Origin: Amoebophrya sp. A120
Taxonomy: Eukaryota; Protista; Dinoflagellata
Direction: 5' to 3'
DNA length: 64,000 nt
NCBI GenBank assembly: GCA_905178155.1
Contig: CAJINV010000004.1
Location: 5,930,828-5,994,827, forward strand
The notes beneath the pieces are model-generated. The model worked only from the letters and a program-made list of their open reading frames with translations, searched no databases and had not been told where the DNA came from. Within the stretch, counting starts at the first letter, position 1; each line of letters starts with the position of its first letter. The translations under genes were made by a program, and so were the position numbers. Below are positions 1 through 14,300 of the stretch, piece by piece.

Positions 1-979
1 TCATCGGCGTGTTTGTTTCCTCCAGGACCAGGTTGGCTTTGGTCGTATAATATTCTGCGGTTGTCTGTTCTTCCTTCTTCATTCGGCTCTCGGTAGTAGA
101 GCTGTCCCCAGGTATTGGTCGGATGCTCCGTCTCCATTTTGAACAAATCGTAGTCGTTTTGGCTTCGATTTTTATTCATCACGACGTGCTGGGCCGTAGC
201 TCTAGTTGTCCTATCGGAACTTTCGTCTTCGGCAGAGTCGCACTGCCTGAGTCTAACCGGACTGTCATCTGCTTGTTCATGTTGATCCAGCCTGTTGTTG
301 ATTCCGTTTCCGACCAGGTCATGAGAAGTCATGAATAAACCAGCCTCGTGTTCGCGCTCCAGCAGGCTATCGAGAGCTACTAGGTCTTCCCGGGGCGGAG
401 ACGGCGAGAACCGATGGTCTTGGTCGTCGGCGGGTCTCGTTGCAGCAATAGCGGTATGGGGATGTGCTTCTGGTTCTGCAGTTGCACTAAAAGAAGTCCC
501 AGGAGGCGTGTCACTTGGTCCTCGGACTGTTGACGACGTGGTTTTCCCGCTCGCGTCGATAGGCGGCGTTTGCAGCAGGTCTGCGGCAGACACGAGGTAC
601 TGTTGCGCGAAAGCACTGGAGGCAGAGGACATGAACTGCCTGGAGTCGTCGTTGCTTGAGGGCGCTGCTAATAACGACGACGAGGACGTTGTCGGGTTGT
701 AGTTCATCACAGACGGCTGCTGGTGGTCGGCGCAAAACTCATTATTTTCGGGAGAGTCAAGGTACGCGGGGGCCTGTGATTGTGGAGTTCTTCTAGTTTT
801 GTTTTTGGGTTATCTTCGATCAAAGGATCGATGCCGTGCAATACGCAACGGCAACATGAAACAGACAACACTTTGGTGTAGTAATAGCGTGTCTACTAAT
901 TTCTTACCTGGAACGCGACTCCTGGAGAGCTTGTTGCGGATTCGTGGCGACTGCGACTGCCGTCCGTCGAAGCTGACAT
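1..979 (-). CDS. Hypothetical low-complexity protein, 5' part (runs off the window)
   Basis: ATG at 979 (MSASTDGSRSRHESATSSPGVAFQ); GT-AG intron 774-907; then an open frame APAYLDSPENNEFC... towards position 1. The + strand ORF 331-702 is its antisense shadow. Confidence 0.6.
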
Positions 980-2331
980 GTTGGCGTTAAGACCGGTTTT
1001 TTCCCTTGGCGTCGTGGTCTCTTCTTCCAGCGGCTACTGCAGTCGTGGTTGTCGCAAGAGGTAAAAGACGATAGATCAGAGAGCACCGCTGTTATTTTGT
1101 CATTTTTAGAACCTAACGAGCTTAGACTTACAACTACTTCCTCAGCTTCTACTCCTTACTGACATCATGATCATCTTAATCCTCTGCCCACCCTTTTCAC
1201 TGGACACCGGTTCCAACGCGTAGAGCCCATAACAACTCCGGCATGCCGCGTCATAATCATAAAACCATGTCGCCGCGGCCTGAGGAGGCGACAGGAAACG
1301 GCGTCCCTATTCTTCTCTCTCAACGAGCATCGGAATCTCTCACTACAGCAGGAGTGAATCGGTTGGAGAGCCGCCATGATAAGTTTAAGTACCTCCTCTT
1401 CTCTTCTTCCTGTGCATTTTCAAAACCAATACCAATGCCAATGGGAGGAACGCGAACGAAACATAAACATTGTGAAGACGACCACGACGCCGGCGGTAAG
1501 AGTAGTGCAGCGAAGTGAAAATGAGCTGCGACAGCCGCAAGGATAACTTCAAAATTAAGTAGTTTCTGTTTTTCCGAATCCGATCGTAACTCGACCTCAA
1601 GGACAATAATTTCGCAAATACGGTTACGGACGTCAACTCCTGAAGACCAAAAGATTGAAAAGCTTAAAGCTTGACTTCCACGTGCTCGCAAATTTTGCAG
1701 TAGTTTCAAGATAAGGTGGGAAGAAGACCACGCTATTAACTGTACCTATGCCTACACAATGACTACGAAACGGCTGGTGCTGTGTCTGTAGGAAAAGAAA
1801 CTGTACTAATTACATCCAAAATAGCTGCTCTGTGCAGGCAAAAGAAAATGCACAAAGGGTTTGGCTTTGTGGCTCCAAAATCAAAAATTGTCGAGGACAT
1901 AATTTCGGTAACGGTTTTATATCCCTTTGCAGTTCATCTTCATCCCAATTCGGGGACATGGTGACAAATAACGAAACGGTAAGTGATAGAGACAGTTTCC
2001 TCACTCAGATCTGCTAAAACTATTATAAGTAGCATCTGTCAAAATTGACATTAGCAAGTACTGAGACTGAAGAAGAATTCATCTCAAATATTACTTAATA
2101 CGCGAAGAACGTGAGGCTAGTACAGTCCAACGACTGTACTCACATTCGTTCCTGAAGAACAAGTTTTACCGAATTACAGAACGGGAAGAACGGTTTCTAT
2201 CTTTCAAAAAGTGTAAGCAGCTAAGACAGCGAAATAGTTATGCTCTACTGCAAGCACCACTGACTTTCAAGCTCGAAAACACGTCTCCAGTGTCGCGGTC
2301 GCGGACATTCACTAAACTGAAATCGCTTCGG

Positions 2332-5300
2332 TTAAGGGTGATCATCCAGCTCATCTTTCATGGATGAGAACGCTCCGGAGCTGCTTTTAGCGTTGCCGTT
2401 GTCGCCAAGGGTCATACCCTCCTCGTCAGTAGCTGGTGCACTAACATTCTTGCCACCCGCTGCAGACCCATCTGCAGCAGTCTCCGTCTCAGCCTTTTTA
2501 CCCGGAGTCTTCTTCTCTCGAAATTTCTCGTCGGCCGCTGTCGTCGTGTTCTTATTTTCTGCAAGAACTTCTACATCAGACCTTCTTGTAGGTGAAAACA
2601 ACACCGATTGCGACAGCCAGGTGTGCATGGGTTTGTGCGCCTCCAGCTCAAACAAGCGCAGCCGGCGCGCCTCGTCGTAGTAACGCCTGCGTTCGTTTCT
2701 TGTGTGCTCCAAAAGCAGCAGCAAATTTCGGCATATCACGGCCAGCGTCGCGGCACCGGGACTGACCGTTGCGACTGGGTGGGCGCGGGCGACGAGGGTC
2801 ACACTGTAGCTCGGCTTCTCGAACACTTTCAGCACCTTCTGGTTCCAGATGTCGCTGTGAAGGAAATGTTTTTCCATTTCAACTAGCAGCTGATGTTCAA
2901 GTCATTTAAGCAAAATGAAAATAGTACCAGTACAAAAGCAAAACTACGTCTAGTACGACTCAACTTCCATCAAATCAATCACCTTGCGCTTGGTCATCTT
3001 GCACAACGGACCTTGTGATACTTCTGATGGAAAACTTAGACTGTAGCAGATGCCGAAGTAGAGCTACAACTTACTTGCGATGATCATAGACTGGCGGCGC
3101 AGCAGGCGGGTCCGGGGGCCTGTCCGGTCTCGTGGTGTTTGCTGATGAAGCTGCGTTATCTGCAGCTAGCTCCGCAGGAGCCCCAGCCGCAGACTCGTGC
3201 TGCGACGAGGAGGTAGCAGAAGACGAGGAGGCTGAAGAACCCCTCGACGTTGTTGCCGCTGCCGTATTCATTTTACCTCCACCAGTCGTTCTTTTATCTA
3301 TCGCGTTCTTCTTTTTCGTCAACAGAAAGCAGCGCTCCCACAGGTCCGGTGCGATTCGGGGGCGCAGTAGGTTGAAAAGAATATGCTCCAGCAGGGCTTG
3401 ACACCCGTCGGACTCCTCTGGGTGCAGACTTTGCACGTGCAGATTCCCAAACGCGTTCACGCGCTGCGCAAAATCTTTCCCGCTTGCCAGCTCCTGCGAT
3501 AGACGAAATGAGCCAAGCGGGGCTGCCGGGGTACTAGAAGTCGGATCAGTTTTCGCCGATGATCCACCAGCAGTCGCGCGTGTGCTAGAAGCACTGTTAC
3601 TTGTTCCAGATTTCGCACCACCCGGCTGTGAAGAAGAAGAGCTTCCTCTTGCGGCCCTTCCGCGCTGTTTCGTAGAGGCTGCAGCAGCAGCGCCAGCTGC
3701 CGACGTTGTTGCCCCGTCATTGTCTTTGTCTCCACCATTTCCATCATCGAAGGCGATGTTTGCTGCATCCCCACTACTCGGCTCCGCAATTTTCTTCGCG
3801 CCCCGCGCACCGGTTTTTGCCCGCGCCGCGCTCTTTGCCTTCGCTTTTCCTTTTCCTTTTGCGGAAGTATTTGTCGTCGCGCCGGACGATGCCGCTACTG
3901 GTTTAGGTGCCCAGGTCTCGTCAATCAGTGTCTTGAGAAACCAGTTTTGATAGGCGTTTTGGAGTTCCAAATGCCAGGGGTCCGGAGGCTTGTTTGATGT
4001 TGAGGGCGGGTTCTTTGTATCATCTAATGGCGTAGGCCCCCCGAGTGGAACTTCGACAAGGGGGCCCGAGCCCGACGTGTTGAAGTCTGCATTTATTTTT
4101 CCGAAATGGTTCATCCTTGTGAGAAATCTTGTTGTCCAGGCATCTACTTCGTCCGAGTTGTCCTCCGCAGAAGTCGGGCTACACTTGCTTGCACTTATTT
4201 CCGGCACCACCGGTCCGGTGGAAGAGGTAGCCGCTCCCGTGCCAACCACCACACCCCCGACACCCGTCGTTGCAGCTCCTGAGCTGCCCGATGAGGAGGA
4301 GGAGCGCTTTTTCGCTGCCGGCGTCTTTTTCGCTGATGGTGCAGTGGTTGTTCCGCTGCTGGATTTTAAAGAACCTGCTTTCGCCGGCGTGGAACTAGAG
4401 GAAGCTGTCGCCGGTTGACCGGAAGTCGTGGATGCGCTTGCAGCGGCCGAGGACGTGGAGGTGTCCCCTGCACCCACTATGCGAAATGCTTCGCCCGTCG
4501 ACTTTTTTCGCGCGATCGGGTTCCCGGTGTAGGGGCAGACTTCTGTTGTGCCCCCGTCAGGGGGGGCTTGCTCCCTCCGGTTGGCAGATGGAATTTGTAT
4601 TTGCGTTGCATCATCTTTATTTCCACCAACATCCGCACTCGCAGGCGAAGAAGCCTCTGTTTTTGCTACAGCCACCCCCGCAGGCGCAGTGTTGCTACTA
4701 GACGACGACGAAACTCCTGCTGCGCCCGGATTTAAATTTATTGTCGCTCCTGCACTTCCAGTTCCAGTTCCATCCACCGGCACGAGCTTGGCTTGTTTTT
4801 CCCCAAGCAATTTCGCAAAGCGGCTCAAGGAGTCCGTGTCCCGGATGGCGCGGAGGCCGAAAAGGTGCGCGACCAAGCAGGGTAAAAACACCTCGGGAAC
4901 GGGGGTTTGCGTTTGGTTGGTCCCCTGCTGCTGTCCGCGGCCATGGCGAAATTCGCCGAGCTGGTGGCCCCGTATGCGCCTTGAGAAGTCGCGAATCTCC
5001 GTGAGCCACTCCCGCAACGTGGCGCCGCCTGCTGCTTGTAAGGCCTGCAACGCTCGGAAAACCTTTGTTTCGTCTATCATTTTGGATCGATGTTGAGGGG
5101 TGCCGGTGATCCTTTCTCATGCTGACGTTGTGGAGTTTACTGAAATTTTTGTCCTACTTGAAGAAGAAAACGAAAAGTGAAAGTTAAAGCATGTTTTAGT
5201 GGTGCAATACATGAAATTGATGACTGCAACTGAAATACTAGTACCCGCTCCTGCTGCGTGAGAATCCTGAAATACAGCCTCTGCTCCGGACTGTCACGCC

Positions 5301-8300
5301 CCGTGAGCATCGCCGCAAGCGAAAGCTTTCCGCACCACGCTGCAAAAGTGGACGGACGCAGTCGGACGTGCTTTTTTTCTTTGCTTTTCTTGGATGCAGC
5401 AGAAGCGGAGGAGCTACTTGGGGTCGCAGACGATGAAGACGCAGAAGAGCTGGCCGACGAAAAAGTAGAATTCGAATCCCTAATAGTCAGGTCCGAGCGA
5501 CCGGACGCAGACGAGGCACTGGAGAGCAAGGGATCGCCATACAGGTCTTGATGTTCGCCGACTTGTTGCATCATCGGCCCCATCGTCCTCGTCGTCGGTG
5601 TGAGCATCAATTCGGGGTCAGTATTCGCTGAGGAAGCAGCTGCTGCTGCTGCACCGAACGCGTTCGCCACGGGCGGATGCATTACCTCCGGCTTGGGACA
5701 CTTGAACTTCCTGGAAAGTGCGTGTTTCGGCTGGCCGTAAAAATCGGCTATATCGTCTTCGTTCATGATTCGGTCGAAGCATTGGTTTTGCGACCCCAGC
5801 AACCGCACGCAGAATTTTCCGCGGACCACCATTTGACACTCGCGGAAGGCGCTCGAGTCTGGGCACGCAACACGAAACACGTTCGGGTTTTTCGTATGAA
5901 ATGCAAAAGCATCATACTGGTATAAATCGCATAACAAATTCCCGCAGCATGAAAAATGGAATTTGTAATGCGGATTTAGGTTATGGTTACGAGGGAGATT
6001 TGTAATGCATCATTGCGATTACTGCGAGTACGATACTTTTGCACAGGATATTTCGGCTGGAAATGCAGCGTCCACGTGCGGCCCGTGTTGGAACGCCAGG
6101 AAAGGCTCTGATGTGGAGGGGTGTGAAGGTGAAATGAGAGTCTATCTCATAATTCCGGTGTAGTTGATAGATTTGGAGCCGTGACATAAGCTAGATACTT
6201 ACGTGTGCACTTGAGTTATCACCAGAAAAAGCAAAAATAAAGAACGCATCAAGCACAATAACATGAACTTACCTCTTCATCCTTTTTGTGCGATAGGCGG
6301 ATGGACGCACGTTGCCACGCGTGCGGCCCACCCGCCCGAGAAACGTACTCCCCCGGGACCTTTTGCGAGATCCACTCCCAGGTGGTTTTTCCAATGGCCG
6401 CGTGGGTGCCCAAAAGGTCCGCCTTGGAATACCCTAGCAACGCAGAGTACGTGAGACCGTCGCGGCGGAGCATTTTCCGCACGTGAGAGGTTGCATCGAC
6501 GCTTAAGTTCGCATTTTGCAAAGCGCTCATAGCACGCAACTCCAGAGCGGCTTGTTCATTGTTCCCGGCTCCACCGCTGACATTCGTGCTCTTCGCTCCA
6601 GTTCTTGGTGCTTCTGCGTTGAAGAACAGGTGTCGCAAAAATCCCTCCGCGTCACTCTCTGACCACAAGTGGGGGCTGGGAACGGGGTCCGAGTGTGCAA
6701 GCAGTCTTTTTCGCCAGTCGTGCGTGGTCGTGTTAGATTTCTTGTTCCTTGTAGCATTTCGGGCACCAGGGGAAACACCTCCGGACGAGGACTCTTCTGC
6801 GCCGGAAGTCGTGGTGGTGCCAACGGAAAAGCGACGCCAGAGCAAGCCGGCTCCAACGGGTCTGCGAGTGGCAGATGTGGCTGTTGCTGTGGCGTCCTGC
6901 TCCGACTCCGTCACGATACTTGCGGCACTGTCGAATCGACCACGATTCACAATGTCGTCGTCGTAAGTATCACGACCAGTGCTGCCGACCACGTTTAGGA
7001 GTTTCAAGTGCCCAAGCACCACTTGCTCAATGGTCAAGTCCGGGGGTGTGCTGCCCCTGCCGTGACTGCCGCCACAGAGATACAGGATCATCTGCGCCGT
7101 CCAGGTGTATTGTCGTTGCCTTGCGGTTATCATCTGCACGACGTCGACCCCGCTACTGCCGGCTTCGTCAGACGTGTTTGTTGCTAGTACCAACCGGCAA
7201 AAGTTCATCAAGCCTTTCCTCACCGCGTACTCCAAGGTACGCGTGTTCACCGTAGCGCCCTTTTCCAGCAACAGTTTTGCCGAATTCAACACAACTTGCT
7301 GGTTTTTACTGCGATTGGACTCATCGGTGTCGGGCTGCTTGCGGTGGCGCTTGTTGTGTCCCTTGGAGTGCGACCCAGATCTTCGCGACTGATCTCCGGT
7401 TTCGTCTTCGTCGACGTCTTGGTCGTTCTCAACATCCTCGTGTCGTCTCCTTCTACTACGCCCCGCTGCAGAGGCATCGGTCGTTGTTCGCCCACCATAA
7501 TGATCACCGTCCGCGCCCCCATTAACGTCCGACTCGTTGGCTGTTTCCTCCGGTTCGTTTTCCGAACCCGATTTTGCCCCGTCTAGCAGCGGCCGAGTCG
7601 TTGAGCGGCTAGGCTCTGCATCGTCATCGTAGTGGCGGGCGTTTGTGCGAAGAATTTGCAGGACCAGATCCGATGTATCGTAGTAGAGTTTTGAAGAAGC
7701 TGCGGCTTTTGGACCACCATCAACCTCATATATCTCTGCTCCGTTTTCAACACCTTCCCTGTGGCCTTTTGTGGCTTCTTTTTTCACAACTTTGCGATAT
7801 TTGTTCGTGTCGATGTCCAACACCGTTTCCACATATTTCCCGTTATGGAAGCGTCAGGATATAAATCGTCAAACTTGAAATGATTTCTCATGCATAAATT
7901 GCAAGACATGAAGCGCCTCCCTTGCAGGGATGGCAAGTGAGGCAGATTATGAGCCTATTTAGGGGTTGGGATAGAGCTGCTAAAGAAGCATGACAAAAGC
8001 AGTAGCAGCCTTCTGTGCCCAAACAGCATGACAAATTGGATTCCGTTGCTCCGAAAATTTGTCATGCGCCGCTTCGAAATTGGGCTTCCAACTGGTATCC
8101 ATTTTATGTATGACAAATCATTTCAACTTTGTCGATTTCAAACCTGACGCTTCCATACCCGTCCAAAAATCCGTAGTCGGTCGCGAACGCGTCCTGCGGG
8201 ACGTCACACAGCGAGGGCACGTATGAACTGCAAAAGTAACTTACTAGTATAAATAGCATCACAAATTCCCTCAGCATTATATAAATAAATTTGTAATGCT

Positions 8301-11300
8301 GATGTTTCACCTTAGGAAGAAGATTTGTCATGCATGTTTGCAATTAGTTTTAGTACGAGTACGATGCTTTTGCAGTTCATAGCACGTAGCGCAACACGAG
8401 CTGGAGTGCCTCGTGGCGAATTGAGAGCGACGTGAAGGCGTGGTTGAAGCAAAGGCGGTGCATATTACAATGAAAAATGCCCCCACCCCCGAACGTGGGA
8501 GCATTTGTATTGCAAACCTTTCCAAATGAAACATTCGCCCTCTTGCATCTATCAGCGTCACAGAGTTCCGATCGTGAAAGAATAGCAAAAATTTGTATTG
8601 CAAAAGATCCCAGCAAGAGCGGCCCTTGTCATGCAAGCGACGCGATATACACCTATACCCTGCATCAGAAAGATTCATACTCCTTTCATGCATGACAAAA
8701 AGTTTTCATATTGGAGACTTTGCATCACAAAAAATTTTTGCAACTTTGGGAGTGGGGGCATTTTTCACTGTAATAGTGCAACATCCGGAAAATCACGCAG
8801 GAAAGGTGCGGCTGCGTACCGGCGTCCGACTGCTGGCTGAGGTCTCCTGTCGTGGTGGGAGATGAACTTAGTTTCGTAGCTGCTGCTGCACTTGTTCCAC
8901 TTGTTGTGACCGCAGCAGGAGGAGGACCTCCCGCTCCGGGACTTTTTTTCTCTTCTCTATTCTTGTCGCCCTGTTTTAGTCCATCGTGAAGACTCACCTC
9001 GACGACCTCCCCGTCCTCTGACGCGACTGTCGGCGCGTTCGGTTGAAAGTTGTTTTCGTAGTAGACCTGCTCGAGCAGGTAGGGTAAGTGCTTGACCAGA
9101 AAGGAGTCCGTTTGTTGGAGGGCTTCGTCCAAGACCTCCTGGTATATGTTGGCACGGAAATCCAGCAAGAGGATGCAACAGCCGACAGCTTCCGGCAGCC
9201 GGTGTTGCATGTGTTGTAACAACGGCGTTACAATGTGTTCCGACTGTCGCGTTTTTTTTCTCGAGTTCTGGCCACTACTTCTCGTTGAAGTTGTACTACT
9301 GTCCATGTCTGTATAACACGTTGCGATGTTTGGGTCCGCCTTCAAGCCAAGCAGCACAGCCACCGCGGTCTCCCGGCCCTCTTGGATCGCGACGAGCAGC
9401 GGGGTTTCGTTCTCGGCGTTCTTCGCATTCAGCATACTGAAAAGGTCTGGCGCGGCAACTGCAGGAGTTGTCCTACTTGAAGATGCTGCGTCGTTTTTTA
9501 TCTTCAGTGCACGGGGCCCAGCCTCTTCTGGTACTGCCACTGTCTCGTCCTTTTCAACATGACCGGCCGTGGTGGAGTGGTCTATTGCTGTTTTGCCATC
9601 TTCCTCCACGTTCTTCTTGTTCGCTGCTCGCGCAGCCGCCTCTGCGATCTCTGTGTCGGTCCAGGGCAGGGTGTCGTCAGGGCCCTGGCTCCGCGCGTAC
9701 AAGTGAAACACATTGTCTTTCCGGAACGTTTCAGCCCCGAAGCGTGCACCAAACTCCAGGAGCAGACGAGCCTGATATAATAACGCGAAGAACTCTGACA
9801 GATACTACACTCAGACAGAGACAAGGTTGTTCTTGTAACGGGTTAATATGCAGGTACAAGAGAATCAGAATTATATGAATGTACTGAAGAAGAGTACGAT
9901 GTCATAGTTCCCTTCATTGACGGCAGCGAGGTAGGGCGGCATGTACAGTGGGCCGGAAAACTCGTCGTCATCTTCGGATAGCAGCGAGGAAGAGACTACT
10001 GTGATCACGTCCTCTTCTTCGACGTCTTGGTTTTCACCCTCGTGGTCCCGCCTGTCGGGAACATCCGCTTGGTCATCTTCTGGATTGCTATCTTTGTCCT
10101 CTCGACTACTCCGAGCTGCTTTTGACGTGCTCGTGGTCTGCTCCTTCACCGGAACCCACTTGAAATTCGAATCGTTATGATCGTTTTTTTTTTCCTCATC
10201 ATCCTCCGGCTCCTCGTCCGGAATGGCCGCGCCTTTGCTACCTCCACCTCGAGAGCGTCGCTTGTTTCGAGAGCGTCTATTTGATGTTTTTCGGCCCCCG
10301 GTCGAGTTTCCTCCGCCGTCTGACGAGTTGTGTTCATCACTGGAGCCCCCGCTGCTGTTCAAATCTGCTTCGAGAAGTTCCAGTTCCTTCGCCAACTCGC
10401 TGGGGATGCTGGAGACGACGTCATGGAAGGAGCCCAGTTCCTCCTCGTCCTCCTCTAAATCCTCGATGTTTGTTGACCCGTCATCGATTTCTGTGCTGTC
10501 GTAGACGGCGTCATGCCACTTCTTCCGCATCCGTTTCTCTTCCTCTACATCGTAGTTCACTTCCGCCTTTGCCTCCAGCAACAATCTCACACACGTTAAC
10601 GTCGCGTCCTGACTGCCGCCGGTGGTGACGGTGACCGCGACAGAGAGGTTGCGGTGCAAATCCGGATTCGCGTTGTTCTGCAGCAGCAGCTCCACCAACT
10701 TAACCCGCCGCTGCGCCGACTCAGTCATGTCTTTGTGTGCCACGTACGCGCGAAACGCACACTATCCTCAGGAAATTTTCCGTACGCGACAACGTAAGTA
10801 CATCTGACTACAAATGCTATTCTTGCTGCATGAGACAGGTTTTCTTCAACAATCACATTTACTAGCATGACAAGTCAAGTGCCATGATGCTTCAGGTTGT
10901 TGGAAAAATTTGTGATGCATTTTGTACGTACAAGTACTTGTGCGGTCAACGTGAATTTCAATTTGTATTTGATACGCACATCAGGGGCGTTTGCAGCTCG
11001 TCATCGACGGCGTTCGGGTTCGCGTTGTGGTCGAGCAGACACTGCGCAATTGTGTCCAGGCCCCGGCGGCACGCGACGAAAAGTGGGGTTTCGCCGTTAG
11101 AATTCAGCGGGTCGACGACAAAGCGGTTGCGGAGGTGCGCAATGTGTTCGCTATTCTGAATGACTGAGAGGGGCGGGATGGTGCGGGAAAATTCTTCCCT
11201 GATGTCCTCGCGGTTGGTGAGAAGGGGAACTGCAAACGATGATGTGCCTGCTTGTTTCGCAGCTGCAGTAGCAGTAGCTCCTTCATGTGCACTACTAGTA

Positions 11301-14300
11301 GCCGTGGCAGCTGCTCCGGCATTGCTGCATCCCGCGATGTCTTCGATTCCCGAGTGGCTGAAGCGCTTGCTGAGCCGCTTGCTCAGCTTCCGTACCGTTT
11401 CGACCTCGGATTGGGCCTGTTGGTCCTCGTCCGTTTCGGAGGTACTGGATTCGCTGGACGAAGACGAAGCTGAGGACCCCTGTTTTGATGATTTCGCGTC
11501 TTCGTACGGGTCATTTTCATCGTCTTTGAGCGCAGTAGGCTCTTCTCCGTCTCGTCCACCACCAGATTCTTCATTGTCTCCGGTTCTATTTTTACATGTG
11601 TCACCATTTACTTCCGACGTGCTGGACAGTCCGATGCCAGCGCCTGCTGTGCCCGGATCATCACTATCATCTTCTTTTCCCTCCTCCTCTTCCCCCTCGC
11701 CCTCCGTACCCCCGTCCGCGGAGCTGGCTGCCATCTCCATTACGCGATACACAATCCGCAAATTGTCCTCCCGGTTTTGCACGCAGAGCTGGAGTGCGGC
11801 CAAAATTTTGTTGCAGTAATTGATGAGGGAATTTTCCCACTCCTGCACCCGGTTCGCCGACACGGTTTCTTCCTCGTAGTACTCGAATACGGAATCCACA
11901 ATGGAGAACAGCGGGTGCTCCGGCGACCGGATCTGCGGGAACTCGTCGAAAAACGTCTCCAAGGTTTTTCGGGTCTCGTCCTTACTGGATGAAGTGTCGG
12001 CAGGAGCGTTGCCGTCGGAAGATGTTCTTCTTCTTGGGGCGTTCTTGTTTGCCGAGGCCAAAGATGATGATGACCCGGGAATCACGGCAAGGACCAGTCG
12101 GCAAATGGCGTCGAGCCGGTCCCTGTCGCTGTAGTCATCTACTTCGGGATGAAGTGGAGGTTGCTCAGGCTCTACTTCTGTTGCCGCAGCCGCATCCTTA
12201 TCATAAACACGCAGAGTCTGTTGACTACTTGTTCCTATCCGGCGGTGGAAAACCTTCGACAGAAGGTCTTCCTGCGAGGCGAAGGTTCGGACTTTGAAAA
12301 TTTTTGGACTATTAGCGGTCTTTATGTCGTGGAGGTTTTGGTTTTCAACTGCACGACCAGGAGCACTCTTCAGGAATCTTTCGAACACGGATTCGCAAAT
12401 CTCGCGCACTAGCGCGCCGCTTCCATACAGCTCCCGCATGTGGTCGAGGATGGTCAGAATTAGCGGTCTATGAAATGCAAAAGCATCGTACTAGTAGAAA
12501 TCGCATTACAGATTTTCTCAGCATGAGAAATTACTTAATAAAATTTGCAATGCTGATTTGCCTGCTTGATAAAGAAATTTGTAATGCAAGACCTGCATTT
12601 ATACGAGTACGATACTTTTGCACAGCATACGGTCGCTGGGGCTGGCCTCCTGAAGAATGATCGTAGCCCACTACTTGGAGTTCTTGTGAAGGGACTGGTT
12701 GTCGTGTCACCGCAACAACCTCTGCGGAAGAACCTCCTACGGCTGCCGGTGCAAAATTTTCGTCGCCGCGAGCAACATCTACATCGGCGATAAATGCACC
12801 GCCGCCGGCAATATTTTCGTACTTCCCACCGTAGATTTCTGCGTACATTTGCGCGCAGTGCCAGTGCGCGAGGTCCTTCTCCGCCCAACTCTCGACCGCG
12901 GCTCCCGTGTACTTTTTCAGGTTGGTGTGCTGCAGGAGTAAATCCACGACCTCTTCGCCCACGATGTTGTGGGCCAAGCACAGCGTCAGCGCGGTCTGCG
13001 GCGCTACGTCCTCTGTCGTTTCGAGATTGCAGTCCGCCTTCTGGATCAGCAAATATTTCACCACCTCGGCGTTGTCCTCCAGACTGGCGTCCTTGAGCGC
13101 GCCAAACCGCGTCGCCTTTTCTACAACCGCGGCCTGCAGCGCGGTCAGCCCGTCGGACACAAGGTTGACGTCCTCGTTGGCCTCCAGTAACAGCTGCACG
13201 CATTCCTTCGAACCGGCAAGCGCAGCGACGTGAAGGGCTCGGTAGCGGACCTCGTCCTCATCGAACTCTTCGTCGTCATCGTCGTCGAATATATCGTCGT
13301 CCTCCTCCTCCTCATCCGTGTTATTACTGGAGGTAGAAGGATCCTCCTCGCGTCCTCGCCCTCGGTCCGAGGGAAGGTGATTCCCTTTGTCATGATTTTC
13401 GTCTTGCGAGGACTCAGAACTCATCGGAGACGAAGGGTTTGAGTTCGAAGAACCTGCTTGTTCCCCGTTAGAATTTGTGCCACCGTGGTGGTTGCGCGCA
13501 CCCCGAGCCGCCTCGATGGTAGAGGCGATGTTTGAAGGCGGTGGTTCTACTTTGATCCTCAAAGGCGCCCAGATGGAACTAGCGTCGCCGCTTCGATGTT
13601 CCTGTAGTTCCTTTTCTGCACCTGCTGGTGTCCTCTTTTCATCTATTCTTGAAGTAGCCCCTGCGTCCTTACTTGCCATTGTTCCGATTCTCCCGTCCTC
13701 CGCCACCTCGACTACCGAGGACAAACCCCCCGCTACCGCTATGAATTGCAAAAGTATCGCATTGCAAATTTCTTCAGCATGAGAAATAAAATTTGTAGTG
13801 CGATTTTACCTGTAATGCATGATTGCAATACGAGTACGATACTTTTGCACAGGATAACCGCCGCGACGGAGTGGTCTTGGGGAAGGCGAAACCACAGCTC
13901 TACGGAAGACTCGGCCGACAAACGTTTCAAGTCTTCCATATGAGAGCGCACAACTCCCCGTCCCCCTCCTTTGTGTTGCATGAACAGCAACACAAACACC
14001 AGCACACGTGGAGCCTGTGCATGGCAAATTCATGCAGTTCTAGTGTAGTACTGTTTGGGCTTCCGGAATCTGTCATGCAAACAGTGCAACAGGAAAGCAC
14101 TTGGGTTTGGGGTTTTGCATGACAAATGAGGGGGAGGGGGAGTTGTGCACTGTCATATTCCACCTGCCTTAGCGGGAAGCCGACGCGCTTAAAGTGCGTT
14201 TTCCGCGTTCTTTTGGGAAGAGACGGTAGTTGAGAATTATCTGCATTTCCATATCCATTTTCATTTTCCTCCTCCTCGTCCAAACGAAACACGCGCATCA